This document shows, one piece after another, positions 39,491 to 53,756 of a stretch of DNA of 64,000 nt. Below the pieces are notes generated by a model that was given only the letters and a program-made list of their open reading frames with translations, did no database searches and had not been told where the DNA came from. The number at the start of each line of letters is the position of its first letter. The first letter of the stretch is position 1. A program made the translations under genes and the position numbers. This DNA is from Octopus vulgaris (Eukaryota). Where the stretch lies: NCBI GenBank assembly GCA_951406725.2, contig OX597833.1:9362001-9426000 (forward strand), given 5' to 3'.

Positions 39491-39827
39491 ATGGTTAAGC
39501 GTCTAACAAAATGTTGAAATTCGTTAAAATCTTCATCGTGAAGTTTTTATTAAAACCTTATTCATATTTAGAATGTTTTACTGGAATATGAAATCGATCC
39601 AAGTACTTGATTGGTTTTTAATTTCATCAATCTCAAAACGATTAAATAAGGTTGAATTTACCTCATTGACATTTGATCAGAACGTAAAAGCGTTCCAGAT
39701 ATGACCATCCGTCAATCTTTTTATTCAATTTACGCATAGGCGCAGGTGTGGCTGTGGTAAGATGGTTCCGAGTTCAGTCCCACTGCAAGGCACATTGAGC
39801 AAGTGTCTTCTGTAACCACGGGCTGAC

Positions 39828-39869
<42 letters not shown>

Positions 39870-40053
39870 AGACTCAATCATAGACCAACTTCCAGCTATT
39901 TCTTTTCTTTCTTTCTTTCTTTCTCACACCCGCCCCTCCACTACACCACCATAACTACTTCTGTTTAATGCATTCACAGTGGTAATAATCGTAAGACCGT
40001 TCATGAGTGTCTATCGATCTATCTGTCTGTCTGTCTGTCTGACCGTCCATCCA

Positions 40054-40094
<41 letters not shown>

Positions 40095-40184
40095 ATCTAT
40101 CTATCTATCTTTCTATCTATCAGTCTATCTATATGTAAGTTTGTCTGCCGGTCTGTCTGTCTAGAAGCATATACATGCATGTCA

Positions 40185-40389
40185 GTATGTATTTATAAAT
40201 GTTAATGTACATATATGCACACACACACACATACATACATACATACATACATACATGCAAGCATGCATGCAAGCATGCATGCATACATACATACATACAT
40301 ATATACATACATACATACATACATACATACATGCATGCATACATACATACATACATACATACATGCATGCATGCATGCATGCATGCATG

Positions 40390-40421
<32 letters not shown>

Positions 40422-40786
40422 CATACATACATACATACATGCATGCATACATACATACATACATACATGCATGCATGCATGCATGCATACATACATACAT
40501 ACATACATACATACATACATACTTGCATGCATGCATGCATACATACATGCATACATACGTACGTACGTACGTACATACATACATACATACATACATACAT
40601 ACATACATACATACGTACGTACGTACGTACATACATACATACATACATACGTACATACGTACATACATACATACATACATACATACATGCATGCATGCAT
40701 ACATACATACATACATACATGCATGCATGCATGCATGCATGCATGCATACATACATGCATACATACATACATACATACATACATAA
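40185..40786. repeat. (CATA)n/(CATG)n/(CGTA)n compound satellite
   Basis: Directly visible. Confidence 0.95.
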
Positions 40787-41519
40787 TCAGATGGGTTGAG
40801 GTTCACTGCAACTATGTCGGACGTGTCCTTTATTGATGAGCAAAAGGTGTTTTCTTAAGGTGAATGAAGTACAGAATTTAACACTTAAGAATTTCTCACT
40901 GTGTGTGTATGTATGTGCGTGAGTATGTGTGTGTGTGTGTGTGTATCATATCAAATATCCACTTGCATTGACCAAAGCACCTCATTGCCTTGCAGTGCCC
41001 CGATTATATCCTTCTACACAGCCTCTCCTCTTCTCCATGCATTGCTTAACGTTAGAACTGTCTGGAGCTCCTTGACCAGAGTAGGTGAGGAAGATCCACA
41101 AGCTGTGAAGAGATGCTATGTAAAACCGAAATACAAATCGTGGTAAGTTTTACAACTTTTCTATCGTCTTCTTTTCTTTTCTTCCCAGTTTTTTATTTTC
41201 CGTGATTTGATTCCATCCCCAGTCCGATCAGAACTTTGTCTGTCTGGATTGTTCTCTGATGTTTTATACAAATGTTTTCTTGTATATTTCTGTGGTCTTT
41301 CTAATGACTGTGAAATCATTGGGGTAGGAGATGAATATCCCCTCGAAATAGGTACAGTTTCATAGGAGACAGACCACTCTTTCTTGAGAAATTATCTTCC
41401 TCATGAAAGATAAGCTTTCTCCCTTACAGTCCAGTAAACGTACACTAGGCTCACCACAACAATTGCAACAAAAACGAATCCAGTGTTATTTGACTTAGAT
41501 GAAGGTTTCTTATAACATG

Positions 41520-44500
41520 CTAAAAGTCCCAAAGAATCGTCGGAGTGGAACACGGTAAAATAACAGAATGAAAAAGCATCACTATTTTGCCAATTTTTAA
41601 AAATTTGGCGCAACTTTAAATGGTCATAACTTCTTAACTAATCAATATAATCCAAAACAAGGAACCCATTTACCTATGTTTTCATGGTTAATCTTTCAAA
41701 TAAAAAAGAATGAGTTACCCGCCTCCTATAAAATTAAAAATGGCTCCCCCACTTCCGCACGTACATATGCGTCGACAATAAAATTGTTTACCACAGGATA
41801 AAATAAAACTCCTAATCCCAAGTGCTTTCGTTTATATTGACATCATCAGGGGATAAGAAAGAAAGCAAATAATACATAGACACAAGTATATGGTGTATAG
41901 TAAAAGCTTACAGTGCACAATGTCCGTCTGTTCAGTTTCCTTTTCAGTCATCCCTGTCCTAGCCATTGTTCTGAAAAACACCTCTGCACTCTGAACAAGC
42001 AGGTGAGCATGGAAGCCCATGCTGGCAGCAGCAGCAGCAGCCAGAACGCAGCGTCCCACAACCTCACTTGCAGCCGCACAGCACTAGAATCAACAACGAC
42101 TGTGGTGCAGGGCCACAGTCAGAGATGACTGGTTTAAATGTTCCACCTGAGAGCTTCCATCCACAGTCTTTAGCATTTTGTGTGTTCCCATGTCACTCTA
42201 GGACTTGGTGGTAGACATGCAGGCTATGGTACTTCGTAGCTGCGAGCTGGCAGAAACGTTAGCACGCAGGGCGAAATGCTTAGCGGTATTTCGTCTGCGT
42301 TACGTTGTGAGTTCAAATTCCGCCGAGGTCGACTTTGCCTTTCATCCTTTCGGGGTCGATAAATTAAGTACCAGTTATGCACTGGGGTCGATGTAATCGA
42401 CTTAATACCTATGTCTGTCCTTGTTTGTCCCCTCTGTGTTTAGCCCCTTGTGGGTAATAAAGAAATAGGTACTTCGTAGCTGCTGATGTTGGTCGCAACG
42501 TATTAGGAAGAACTGCCTTATTACTCGTGGTGACAAGGGCTTGGAATCGGCGATATCTAACATCATCGAGGGAGTTACTGGGGTTCTATTTATAGACAGT
42601 GGCCATTGCCTACTCACTTACCGCAATGATACCGTCCTTTTTTTGCCCTTTTACTCCTGAACACTTCCACCTCTTCCCGAAATGCCTCGCTGTCTTAAAT
42701 AAGTTTGAAACCTGCCGTCTTCCCGATCCACAAAAGCCCTGGATGTGGTACCACAATTCAAGAAAATATGCATGCAAACTTGGACCCCAAGCTTATGCTT
42801 GATCGAATTAATGCCCATGCACCTGACTTCTGCTTCTTTCTTTGGTTCAGGTCAGAAGTGGTTGCCATGTTTGTTTTCTCCTGCAAGGTGGATGAGGAGA
42901 GCAAGTAGGTCTGTGTCGTCTCCGACTAACACAGTTTCTCTGCCTCAGAAATTCTCACTCCAGTTTGGATAACAAGAGTATCTGCATCCCATCTGGAACG
43001 GATAACTTTACAACCTTCTTTGGTCAGGGCATCTCCCAAAAGGTTCAAGAAAGCGTTGCTTGTTTCCTTGGTTTGAGAGGAATTCCATCTTTTTAACTAG
43101 AGCTTCGTGGACAGATGGAATGTTCCCTTCCTACCCTTACACTCCACTCAGTGCCGATGTGTGCTGTCTTTTGTTGAAGGTCCTGCCTCATAACCATCAA
43201 ATACAAACACTGCATGACCATAGCGTTTGTAACGTATCTAGTATAGTCCTGCAATGTCTTGCATGTTTCACCAAGTTGCCATGGAATGAAATAGAGAAGG
43301 GCACCTCCATCAAGGATGAATGTAATATTTTTACATGGTGCTGGGTTGTGTGGTACCTCGGACCAGACGGCATCAGCTAGTTGTGGCCTTACAGCTTTCG
43401 GGAGTTTTTCCTTCTCTTCGAACAAGGTAGGTGGGTAGTTGCAGAGTTCATAGATTCGAAAGATCATTTGCCTGAAATCCTACAATAATGAGTTGTTGAA
43501 ATAGAAGAAGATCGATCTGTACTTCCTCATCACCTGTCTTGATTGCCGACTTTGAGTCAAAAGTCATAGCTTGGGCTTTCCTTTTGAAACTGTACTTGAC
43601 CACATGTTGTCCAACCATTTCATTAAGAATATCATATCCGATCCTTTTTTGCATCATCCACATTAACTGACTATGTTGCAGAGGGATGAGTCTGCTTCGA
43701 ATGGAGACCTCCAGTCAATGAAGGACAGCAATTGGCTGGTTACTATTGTCCCTTGTTTGCCGCGTTTCTAATGTCTTTATGCTGTTTACTCATCTCGTAT
43801 GTGATGGATGTCAGCTGTTGCATTGCTATGTTTACTTCTGCACAGATTGGCATTGAAAGACACTAGACCAGTCTTTCGGTTTCTGTCATTCCCCTCCCTC
43901 TAGTAAGACTTCCACTCGTCTTCAGGCTTCCCATCACGTCCTGTTCGATCACCAGGTCTGGAGGCAACCCTATCCAGAAGCGGCCACCCCTCTTTACATG
44001 TAGTCCCTTGCTGAACTGTTGGTAGACATTGAGGTGTGTGCCTTCCAGTTTTGTCATCTTCTGCAGATAGAGGTGCAATAACTTCGTGCACAAGTTATGG
44101 CCGGAGGCAGCTAAGTACGGAAGCTTGGCTTGCAACGTCTCCAGATCAAGGTACCAATCTCCGGTTTGTTCTGATCGCATGAATGACCTCATGATGTCTA
44201 TCATCTCCATGTATTGCAGTCACCGGCGTGCAGTAAGGTAGATCGATTCCAACATGTTCTTGTGTGTCTCAAGTTTCTGCTGTAGCTCCTGCAGGTACAA
44301 AGATGATTACACATCATTGAGGGTGATTTCGCTAGAGAGGAGATCATCACAGATGTTCCCTATAGTCTCCAATTCCAGTGGCACACTGCCATTGGATAAA
44401 GGCAACTTGATCCCCAACAGGCTGCTCAAGAGAAGTGTGTGAAGGGCAGAATCTATAAGGAGGTGACCATGAATGGCACAAGCAACAGCGTTTCCAGTGA

Positions 44501-46220
44501 ATGTATGGGTAACAGTATTCCCAGCGAAGATCACTTCCAAGATTTCTTGAAGGCCAGTTCTTCTCATCAAGAGTCCAATGCTACCCAGACAGCTAATTAA
44601 TGTGTGAAATCCCCCAAGTCTTAAAATAATCGGATGTTGATCAATATCCTCTCTAGCATTTTCCACAATTGTAGTTGCTTTGAAACACAAGAGCTGGTCA
44701 AAAGTGAACTCTGGTGTTGCTCCATAACGCTTGGCATGCTCTGCAACGAAGTGTAAGGTTGAGTTGACACATGTCATGTCATTCGAGTTCATATCAACCG
44801 TAGGAAGGAACATGGTAGATGACTGTCCTGGGTGGTCTCCGTTGTTTAACATTTGCATGTATCCCGACGATGCTGGTCTTGGTAACCGGACTGACAGGGA
44901 CGTTTTTCACAGGAGATCTACCTTGGGGCTTTCCCTGTGCTTGAGTTCCTCTGGCAAAGCTTCATACTTGATATTAGCAATTTCATCACCAAGTGATATG
45001 AATTTCTTAAAGCTGATATGTTCTACTGCAGCGATCTCCTCTGCTGTCGCAGACACAAGTTTTACCACCGAAGTGCCATCACATTTGGGTAACTGCTATA
45101 ACACCCATTCTGTGGAATGTCCTAGAGTCGTCAAGAGTCCTAGTGTCATGATCCATGTTGTCGGCCACATATTGAACAAACTGTCCAGGGGGAACCCCGA
45201 AATGTCTAATATCTTGTTTACAGCTGCACTTCGTTCATATTTTTGCATATGAACTACAGAATCCATGGGCATTCAGTGTGTCAATCAGAAATCATGAGGC
45301 AAAATGCGAATGCATTTGCACACCTGGACCTAATTGCAATAGTTCAGTCAGAACTCTGGGGCGAGCAGCCTGCAATATCGCTTGCCTCAATGAGCACACC
45401 TACAACCGTTTTTCTTTTCCAACAAATACGGTGTTCAGTAGTAAGCATAGTGACTCTGGAATATAGTTAGTAGCTTCCTCATTGATATCCTCATTGAAAG
45501 ACTAGTTGGGTAAGTGTAGTTCAGTTGTGCAACTGACTTAAAGTCAATTCTAATGAAATTGACCGCAGTCTCAACTTCGGTCTCAACCTCTCTGCTTCTG
45601 AATCATCATCCTTGGGCTGTTTCACCATAATACTGGATTCACGTTGAAGACTTGCTTTTGCTATGCGTTCACAACCCTTGTCACCCAGTGTAACTGTTGC
45701 TCCATCTGTCAGTTTCTTGTTGCAAAATACGCAAAAGAAAATGGTTAAATATTAATATAGGCCTAAAGATAGGCATTATGGTAAAACCTACATGTAATTA
45801 TGAATATTATTACCTATATTGATGTCTTACATGCAGCACAAACATCCCAACTTTAGAATCCAATACTTGGTCATACTATATCATACACACTTCTTGTACC
45901 AATTGTATAGTACATACAATGCCGGTTAAAGGTTAAAGTGGGGTGAGGCTATTCCTGGTAAGACTATAGGGTAGTTCTAAATCTCTTGGCAGACATTTCC
46001 ATGTGAAAGATGTACTAGAAAAACATAGGTTAGAACACAAAAAAATGTCTTGATAGCTTCATAAGAAGTGTTACCTGTTTGTACCTTGGTTGCCTAATCC
46101 TGAAATCCAAAAGTTCACACCTGAAAAAAAGTTTCCACTCAAAAGGGTTTCTGTAGCAATTAGTGGTGGGTTCTGGGGAATATCAGCTAATCTAACTGGA
46201 TTATTAGGGGCTTAACTCTA
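41520..46220 (-). mobile_element. Academ-like (AcademX-type) DNA transposon with pseudogenised transposase, XPG/PIN-like nuclease and Cys-rich C-terminus
   Basis: Broken minus-strand ORF ~45740-41900: FTFDQLL, LRLGGFH, EQTGDW, LAASGHN, DLVIEQ..GSLTRGRG, DGGALL..IPW, DADTL, VGDDTDLL, CSPACSECRG; right end reads TAGAGTTAAG on the minus strand, with patchy inverted similarity to 41540-41750. Confidence 0.72.
42244..42467 (+). repeat. Young tRNA-derived SINE with Nin/Deu-type core, inserted in the Academ-like ORF
   Basis: B box gagttcaaattc; core gcctttcatcctttcggggtcgataaat; perfect 16-bp flanking duplication GGTACTTCGTAGCTGC (42228-42243, 42468-42483). Confidence 0.9.
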
Positions 46221-46689
46221 TACGTAAATCGTACATCACTTCTTTTTATTTCAGTTCCTAATTAAAAAAAAAACTTTTTTAAAGATAAGTATGCTAACCT
46301 TCTTTGGCTTCTGTTATCCATCCATCCATCCATCCATGCATGCATGCATCCATCCATCCATCCATCCATCCATGCATCCATCCATCCATCCATCCAGTCA
46401 GCATCCAGCCATCGAACCATACATTTATTCTCATAAACCAATGGGTTCTGAGAGGAAAGTTTATTTTTTTAGTGATTTCCGTTAGGTGGCCGTGTACTTT
46501 GACCGTTGTGCATTGAAGCGATTCAACTTCTGAAAACGGTTCAGAACAGTTTCCAAGTTACTTGGCATGGAGATTATTAAACTAATACCAAAAAAAATTA
46601 AATTGAGAATAAGAAGAAAAAAGAAAAAGAAAGCAATATGAATACATAAGTATAAATGGTGTAAAAGTTCCTATGTTTTATAATATCCA

Positions 46690-47600
46690 ATATAATCCAT
46701 TCGATCTGGTGCTATATTACAGCTTTCGACTGATACAAATTGGCCAGAGCCCCTCTGGAAGCAGCATTGTTCCCAAATGTTTCTATGAGATGTATAAGGA
46801 GAGTGGAGTTGTCGTAAAGAGATCTGTTGAAGATCGCACTCGTTTGCATTTCTCTTACCAGACCATCGATGGCAAACGTTAACATCTTGGACAATATCTT
46901 CAACTCTGTTTTACCATAGTTACGAACTAAAAAGTATCGACGACTTTTCTTTTGTCAGCGCCCTTGCCTAGCAGTGTTACCACCCTTTGGCTCACAGCCC
47001 TAGGAATTCTCCGTATTGCAGCCAGTCGCAACAAATATCTGACAAAAGAACATTAATTCGTTGAATTCGTAGTGCTGGTCACCCAAACTGTGCGATTTGC
47101 ACCTTGTGCAACCGCTCATCGTCTCCCTTTACGTCTTCTTCTGAGAGCCGCAATAGAATGTCGAGGCAGGCACTAAAGCTCACTATCGTTTCAAACTCAT
47201 CATTTGTTACTTAACTTACAAACAGCCGAACGAAGTGCTCCCGGAAAGGCGTACGTATTTATTCTGAGCCGAGTGGTACGCACCTGTCCCGATCCATTAA
47301 AAGCCTAATTGTGACTTTTCATGCCGAAACTCTGCTCTCGGACCCATCAGACAACTCTTGTTTTCTTGTGTTTTAACGTACGGTCCTTACTCTGACAACG
47401 CAGCCCTCATGCTTCGCGTTGAAGAAATGGTCAAAGGCCATTTTCGTCAGTGGCATGACGGTCTCGATACTTTTACTAATCATCTCTTCTATATTACTAG
47501 CAAGTTTTTCCTCTAATCTATTTATCTCTGTTAGTAACTCTTTGCTAAATGCTATCGATTTTGATGGTTGCTGCAAATGAGTTAGCCTTTTTGTGTTGAG
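46690..47600 (-). mobile_element. Possible internally deleted non-LTR retrotransposon remnant (R4/NeSL-like)
   Basis: Coiled-coil-like ORF 47373-47576 and ALANLYQSK, resembling the post-RT DVDRLYLPR motif; similarity is weak. Confidence 0.3.
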
Positions 47601-47999
47601 AACGAGGTTCCGCTAGTGGAAAGAGGTATCAACTGTATCAGTGCTTTTGCAATGTATAAATGGTTGTCAATCTAGGAATCTTCCATTGCGTTTTCACTGC
47701 TTCTATTGTTGTTGTTGTTGGTGATGATGGTGGAAGAAAAGATTGTGCTATCACAATCACTGCTATAACTATATTTTGAAGGTGTTGTTGTTATTGTTGT
47801 TTAACTACTTTTTCTCCCTCGGGAATTTCAAGTTTCGAATACCTTTGCTCTTGTCCTTGTTTCTGCTCTTTTAGCCTTTATTTTCTCTCTGTTAGCGATG
47901 TTGTTTTTATTGTTGTTATTGCTGTTGTGTTTGTTCGTGTTTTTGTTGTTGTTGCTGCTGTTATTTGACTTTCTTTTTGTCAACAAGACAACATGATTA

Positions 48000-50000
48000 T
48001 GCATTTCAATTGTGGCCTTAAGAACGCTCGGCTTCGCAAAGTGAATTCATCCCTTTCTCTGCTTCGGATATTATTTTAGGTTTGAGGTGAAGTGGCAAAT
48101 GGTTGCCGCGCCGGAAAATAAAAGGTTAATTCCAACTTTAAGCAATCATATCTTGAAGATTAACGACGACATTATGAATGCATTCTTTCTCTCCTTGTAG
48201 CATAACACCCTTAAGTAATTTCAAGGTTTAAGGCGAACTAAGGTAGAGGTAGGGAAGGTTCACCCAGTTAGATATAGGGGACTTTTTATCTTTATAAAAA
48301 GGGTTACTAAAAAGGGCGCTTATTTTCTGGTGCTAGTGATAGGGATATAGAAGTAATTAGAAAACCCCACTGATCAACGAATGCTCGGCCTTGGTCTAAC
48401 GATCTGACACAGAAAACACTTTCGAAGTGGCGACGGCAATATTCGACAGTGCAGATATCTGCGACTTCATAGGATTGAACACTTCAATAAGAGGTCCCTG
48501 TCAGTCCATTTAACCTGTACAGAGATAATGTTTTAGCTATCTATAGAGGCGAAAATGGGGACACATTGGATAAGCTTGTTGTGACCCTATAGCGGTGCGC
48601 GCTCGCGCACCGTCCATTTGTATTTCGCGCGTGTTGGTGCCTTTACCAAGGCAGAGAAAGGAAGGGCCCTCTCGCGCATGCGCGAACCACCGGAAGCACG
48701 ACCCTTTTGCCTACCTGGTGGTTAGCCAAGGTAAGGGGGTCGTAGAACGTTTCACCGCTGGGAGCAGCAGCGGCGACTTGGGACCCAGCGATTGAAGGCG
48801 GCGGTCAGGCATATTTTCTCTCCGTTCGAACTTGCTTCTAGCAGTCCTTACCAAAAGGCCTTTAACCAAATTGTTGCAGACCAACATCGTCTCCATTGTT
48901 CGACGCCATCTTTAACCCCGTTCTGTTTTTGCGGCTGAATATTGTAAATATTACAATCGATTAACTTTCAGCCTTGCGCGCCCAGAACCAAGGACATCAG
49001 ATAACACACTTATTGTTATTGTTACCAAGAAAGAGAATAAAGTAGTATATATATATTTTACGTCTGCGTCTTGTTGTTTCTGACGGGCAGAGATTCTGGA
49101 TTATTAAAGCAACGGCTAGTGAGTGATTGCTTTCTTGTACCCCGAAAGTACAAGACAAGATATTCACTCATACTAAGTTCGTTACAAGCTTAAGGAAGAC
49201 CTGATTCATTCACTTAGCTTAATTGATCTTTAGATTACAATTGAAACCAGTCTTATCGTAGTTAACTTTTTAGATGTTACGCTCGTTTTGGGTACTGGCT
49301 CATTCAGGCCGGACCGTAAACCCAACGAAGGGCTGCCGTATATTAACATGACCTCCTGTCACATACCTGTTGTGTTTAAGAACCTGATGAAGGGTGTCAA
49401 TAAGAAGATTTTTAGTATGTCTTTGAATAAAGACATTTTTGATGCTGCGGCCCTCTGTAACAACGAGATCTGGTAGTTAGCTGGTTTAAGGACTGCGTCA
49501 CCTATATTTTGTCGTAAGGTCCTTTGGTTGGTCCCACCTTTCTCACTCAACGTCAAAACCTGCGTTAGGAAGATCCCTCCTGAGATAAGTAGATAAACAT
49601 TCCACACAGTCTCATAGTTATAGAAGATTATTCAATAGATATAATTTAAGGATCTCGTTTAAGTGTGTGTCTAGTGTAAAAAAAGATATTAGCGAATACC
49701 TTAAAAACACAGAGGCAGGACGCACATATAGGGTTTGCAGTGAATACCCAGTAGATAATCGATGCAACTCACAGGCCGTAGTTTACGAAGCAGAAGTGGT
49801 GTCCAACAGTAGCAGCAAACCTTGCTTGGCTGAGAGGACAATGATCCTAAAAAATTGCAGGATCCGGGGCCTTATTGAATTCAAAAGGTGAGTTATTTAG
49901 TCACTGCCTTCATGATCGAAAATTCATTTGGGAACGTGGTCTTCGTTTGAAGACCAGTGAACAAAAAAATATACACAAACTGACCTATTTCAAACACAGC
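48000..50000 (+). mobile_element. Decayed Penelope/Poseidon-like element split by a solo LTR
   Basis: LYRDN (YRDD equivalent), VNFLDVTL, FRPDRKPN, WLVPPFSLNVKT, AVVYEAEV. Confidence 0.75.
48577..49186 (+). mobile_element. Solo LTR (610 bp), probably Gypsy-type
   Basis: TGT...ACA ends, 4-bp TSD AGCT (48573-48576, 49187-49190), AATAAA at ~49036; removal restores the PLE frame LDKLKEDLI. Confidence 0.88.
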
Positions 50001-50244
50001 CGGAATCGTTTTTAGAGAAGGTAACTTTGTCACTCTTTGAATATTTTGTTTTGTTTCAGAGATGCTTTTTCACCACCAAACTGAAAAAGACTGCAATTTT
50101 ATATTCTTGAGTAAAGACACTATGGTGCTTCTGGCTAGTAGGTCTGATGAATCGTCTATATTGTCTAGTGCAATTGTATATGTGAAACGAATGATAGCTT
50201 TCTAACCGGCGATAAATAAAGATATACAACACAACTACATAAAA

Positions 50245-52147
50245 GTATGAATGTATGTATGTATGTATGTATGTATGTATGTATGTATGTATGTATGTAT
50301 GCATGCATGTATGTATGTATGTATGTATGTATGTATGTATGTATGTATGTATGTATGCATGCATGTATGTATGTATGTATGTATGTATGTATGTATGTAT
50401 GTATGTATGCATGTATGTATGTATGTATGTATGTATGTATGAATGCATGTATGTATGTATGTATGTATGTATGTATGTATGTACGTACGTATTTATGCAT
50501 GTATGTACGTACGTACGTACGTATGTATGTATGTATGTATGTATGTATGTATGTATGTATGTATGTATGTATGTATGTATGTATGTATGTATGTATGTAT
50601 GTATGTATGTATGTATGTATGCATGTATGTATGTATGTATGCATGTATGATGTATGTATGTATGTATGTATGTATGTATGTATGTATGTATGTATGTATG
50701 TATGTATGCATGCATGCATGTATGTATGTATGTATGTATGTATGTATGTATGTATGTATGTATGTATGTATGTATGTATGTACGTACGTATTTATGCATG
50801 TATGTATGTATGTATGTATGTATGTATGTATGCATGTATGTATGTACGTACGTACGTACGTACGTATTTATGCATGCATGCATGTATGTATGTATGTATG
50901 TATGTATGTGCGTATGTACGTATGTACGTATGTATGTATGTATGTATGTATGTATGTACGTACGTATTTATGCATGCATGCATGTATGTATGTATGTATG
51001 TATGTATGTATGTATGTATGTATGTATGTATGTATGTACGTACATACGTATGTATGTATGTATGTATGTATGTATGTAGGTACGTACATACGTATGTATG
51101 TATGTATGTATGTATGTATGTATGTATGTATGTATGTATGTACGTACGTATTTATGCATGCATGTATGTATGTATGTATGTATGTATGTATGTATGTGCT
51201 TATGTACGTATGTATGTATGTATGTATGTATGTATGTATGTATGTACGTATGTATGTATGTATGTGCTTATGTACGTATGTATGTATGTATGTATGTATG
51301 TATGTATGTATGCATGTATGTATGTACGTATGTATGTATGTATGTATGTACGTACGTATTTATGCATGTATGTATGTATGTATGTATGTATGTATGTATG
51401 TATGTATGTATGTATGTATGTATGTATGTATGTATGTATGTATGTATGTATGTATGTATGTATGTATGTATGTATGTATGTATGTATGTATGTATGTATG
51501 CATGTATGTATGTATGTATGTATGTATGTATGTATGTATGTATGTATGTATGTATGTATGTACGTACGTATTTATGCATGTATGTATGTATGTATGTATG
51601 TATGTATGTATGTATGTATGTATGTATGTATGTATGTATGTATGTATGTATGTATGTATGTATGTATGTACGTACGTATTTATGCATGTATGTATGTATG
51701 TATGTATGTATGTATGCATGCATGTATGTATGTATGTATGTATGTATGTATGTATGTATGTATGTATGCATGTATGTATGTATGTATGTATGTACGTACG
51801 TACGTACGTATTTATGCATGCATGCATGTATGTATGTATGTATGTATGTATGTATGTATGTATGTATGTATGTATGTATGTATGTATGTATGTATGTATG
51901 TATGTATGCATGTAATGTATGTATGTATGTATGTATGTATGTATATGTATGTATGTATGTACGTACGTATTTATGCATGCATGCATGCATATATGTATGT
52001 ATGTATGTATGTATGTACGTACATACGTATGTATGTATGTATGTATGTATGTATGTATGTATGTATGTATGTATGTATGTATATATGTATGTATGTATGT
52101 ACGTACGTACGTACGTATTTATGCATGCATGTATGTATGTATGTATC
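50245..52147. repeat. 1.9-kb (TATG)n satellite with recurring variant cassettes
   Basis: Directly visible; the cassette TACGTACGTATTTATGCA recurs about 11 times. Confidence 0.97.
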
Positions 52148-52936
52148 TATCAGAATTCATCAATTAGATCTCCCTCAGTTTAGTGGATAAACTCCTTCTT
52201 CGAACGAATAGTTTCCGTAAAATTCTTAATAAGATACGCTGTAAGAGTTTCTTTTTTTGATGTGCACTAAATGCAAAGAAAATATTGGTAGAGACAAGAA
52301 GGGGGCATACTTATATGCATGTGTGCATACATACATACATACATACATACAATATAAACAAATGACCTATACAAATCTGCATATCTCTATGCACTTCATC
52401 CTACTTCTGATATAAAAGGGGATTGAAAAGATGTGAGCAGTCCGTGTAACTCGAACCCATGTCTCATTGTTTACGTGGCTTTAACGACAGCGTCTTAATT
52501 CTTATCGTCCGAATTTCTTAAAGACATTTAGGACCAAGGGAAGTAATTACGACAAAACTATGCTCACTAATAAGTCAAATCTTGTTATCTCCCTTACATT
52601 TTTCTTCTTAACACTCGAACCCCTTTCAAACTGAACTCAGCCACCCGACCCTTTCTATGTGAAAAAAAAAATGCAGTCTTCATATCTTTTGTCATTTATC
52701 TTTTACCTGTATTAGTCATTAGACTACTGCCATGCCGGAACATGCTTTGTAGAATTTTTAGTTGATTGGATCGACCCCAGTTACTTAAATTTTAAGCCCG
52801 GCACTATTCTATCGGATTCTTATGACAGACCGCTAGGTTGTCAAACGGTGGTGGGACACGTACATACATACATACATACATACATACATACATACGTACG
52901 TACATACATACATACATACATACATACATACATACA

Positions 52937-52964
<28 letters not shown>

Positions 52965-52969
<5 letters not shown>

Positions 52970-53432
52970 GATGTTGTAGCTAGGACACTATATAATGAAA
53001 TCTGTCACAAGGTTAACCTCGAGGACAAAGAAATAAAAATAACACAGTATGTTTGAAGCCATAGCCACTCATAATAATACTGGCGGATTGTCCCAATAAA
53101 ATATAGGGACAACAGATCTGATATAATGATTTAGGACAGAGAAGAGAATCCGTGTATAGTTGTGGGAATTAGCTATCCAACAGATGTTAATATAAAACTA
53201 AAGAACAGTGAAAAAGAGAATACCAACGCTGAACTATTGAGAAATCTGCAGTTAACTCTATCCAGATTACAAGTTCAGGTTTGTACCTGTAATTAATGGA
53301 GCCCTAGGATAAATAACACGCTACCTAAATACTAATCTTAAGAAATTAGGCTTCTCAAAAGGAGAAAGCTGATTCGATGGCTACAGATTCAATCCGTCAC
53401 TGAAATTATAAAAATCTGTAGAACTTTCCAGA
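52965..53432 (+). mobile_element. R4/Dong-like LINE 3' fragment (RLE domain)
   Basis: YDVVARTLYN, NRSDIMI, VVGISYPTD, PVINGALG. Confidence 0.75.
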
Positions 53433-53434
53433 TG

Positions 53435-53756
53435 AAGGATCACTCCGTCGGTTACGACAACAAGGGTCCCAGCTGATACGATCAACGGAACAGCTTACTT
53501 GTGAAATTAACGTGCAAGTGACTGAGCAATCCACAGACACGTGTACCCCTAACATAGTTTTCAGGGAGATTCAGCGTGACACAGAATGTGACAAGGCTGG
53601 CCCTTTGAAATACAGGTACAACTCATCTTTGCCAGCTGAATGGACTGGAGCAACGTGAAATAAAGTGTCCTGCTCAAGGACACAATACGTCTCCAGGAAT
53701 CGAACTCATGACCTTACAATCGTGAGCCGAATACCCTAACTACTAAGCCATGCGCC

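Noticed and set aside
50247-52190. 647-aa ORF and the other MYVC/HTYI/THTH ORFs (also at 3.0-3.4, 40.1-40.8 and 56.5-57.8 kb)
   Set aside because: These are translations of stop-free microsatellites, open in several frames at once.
52430-52512. tRNA-like sequence on the minus strand (gggttcgagt B box)
   Set aside because: Acceptor and D stems do not pair convincingly; at most a decayed pseudogene or SINE head.
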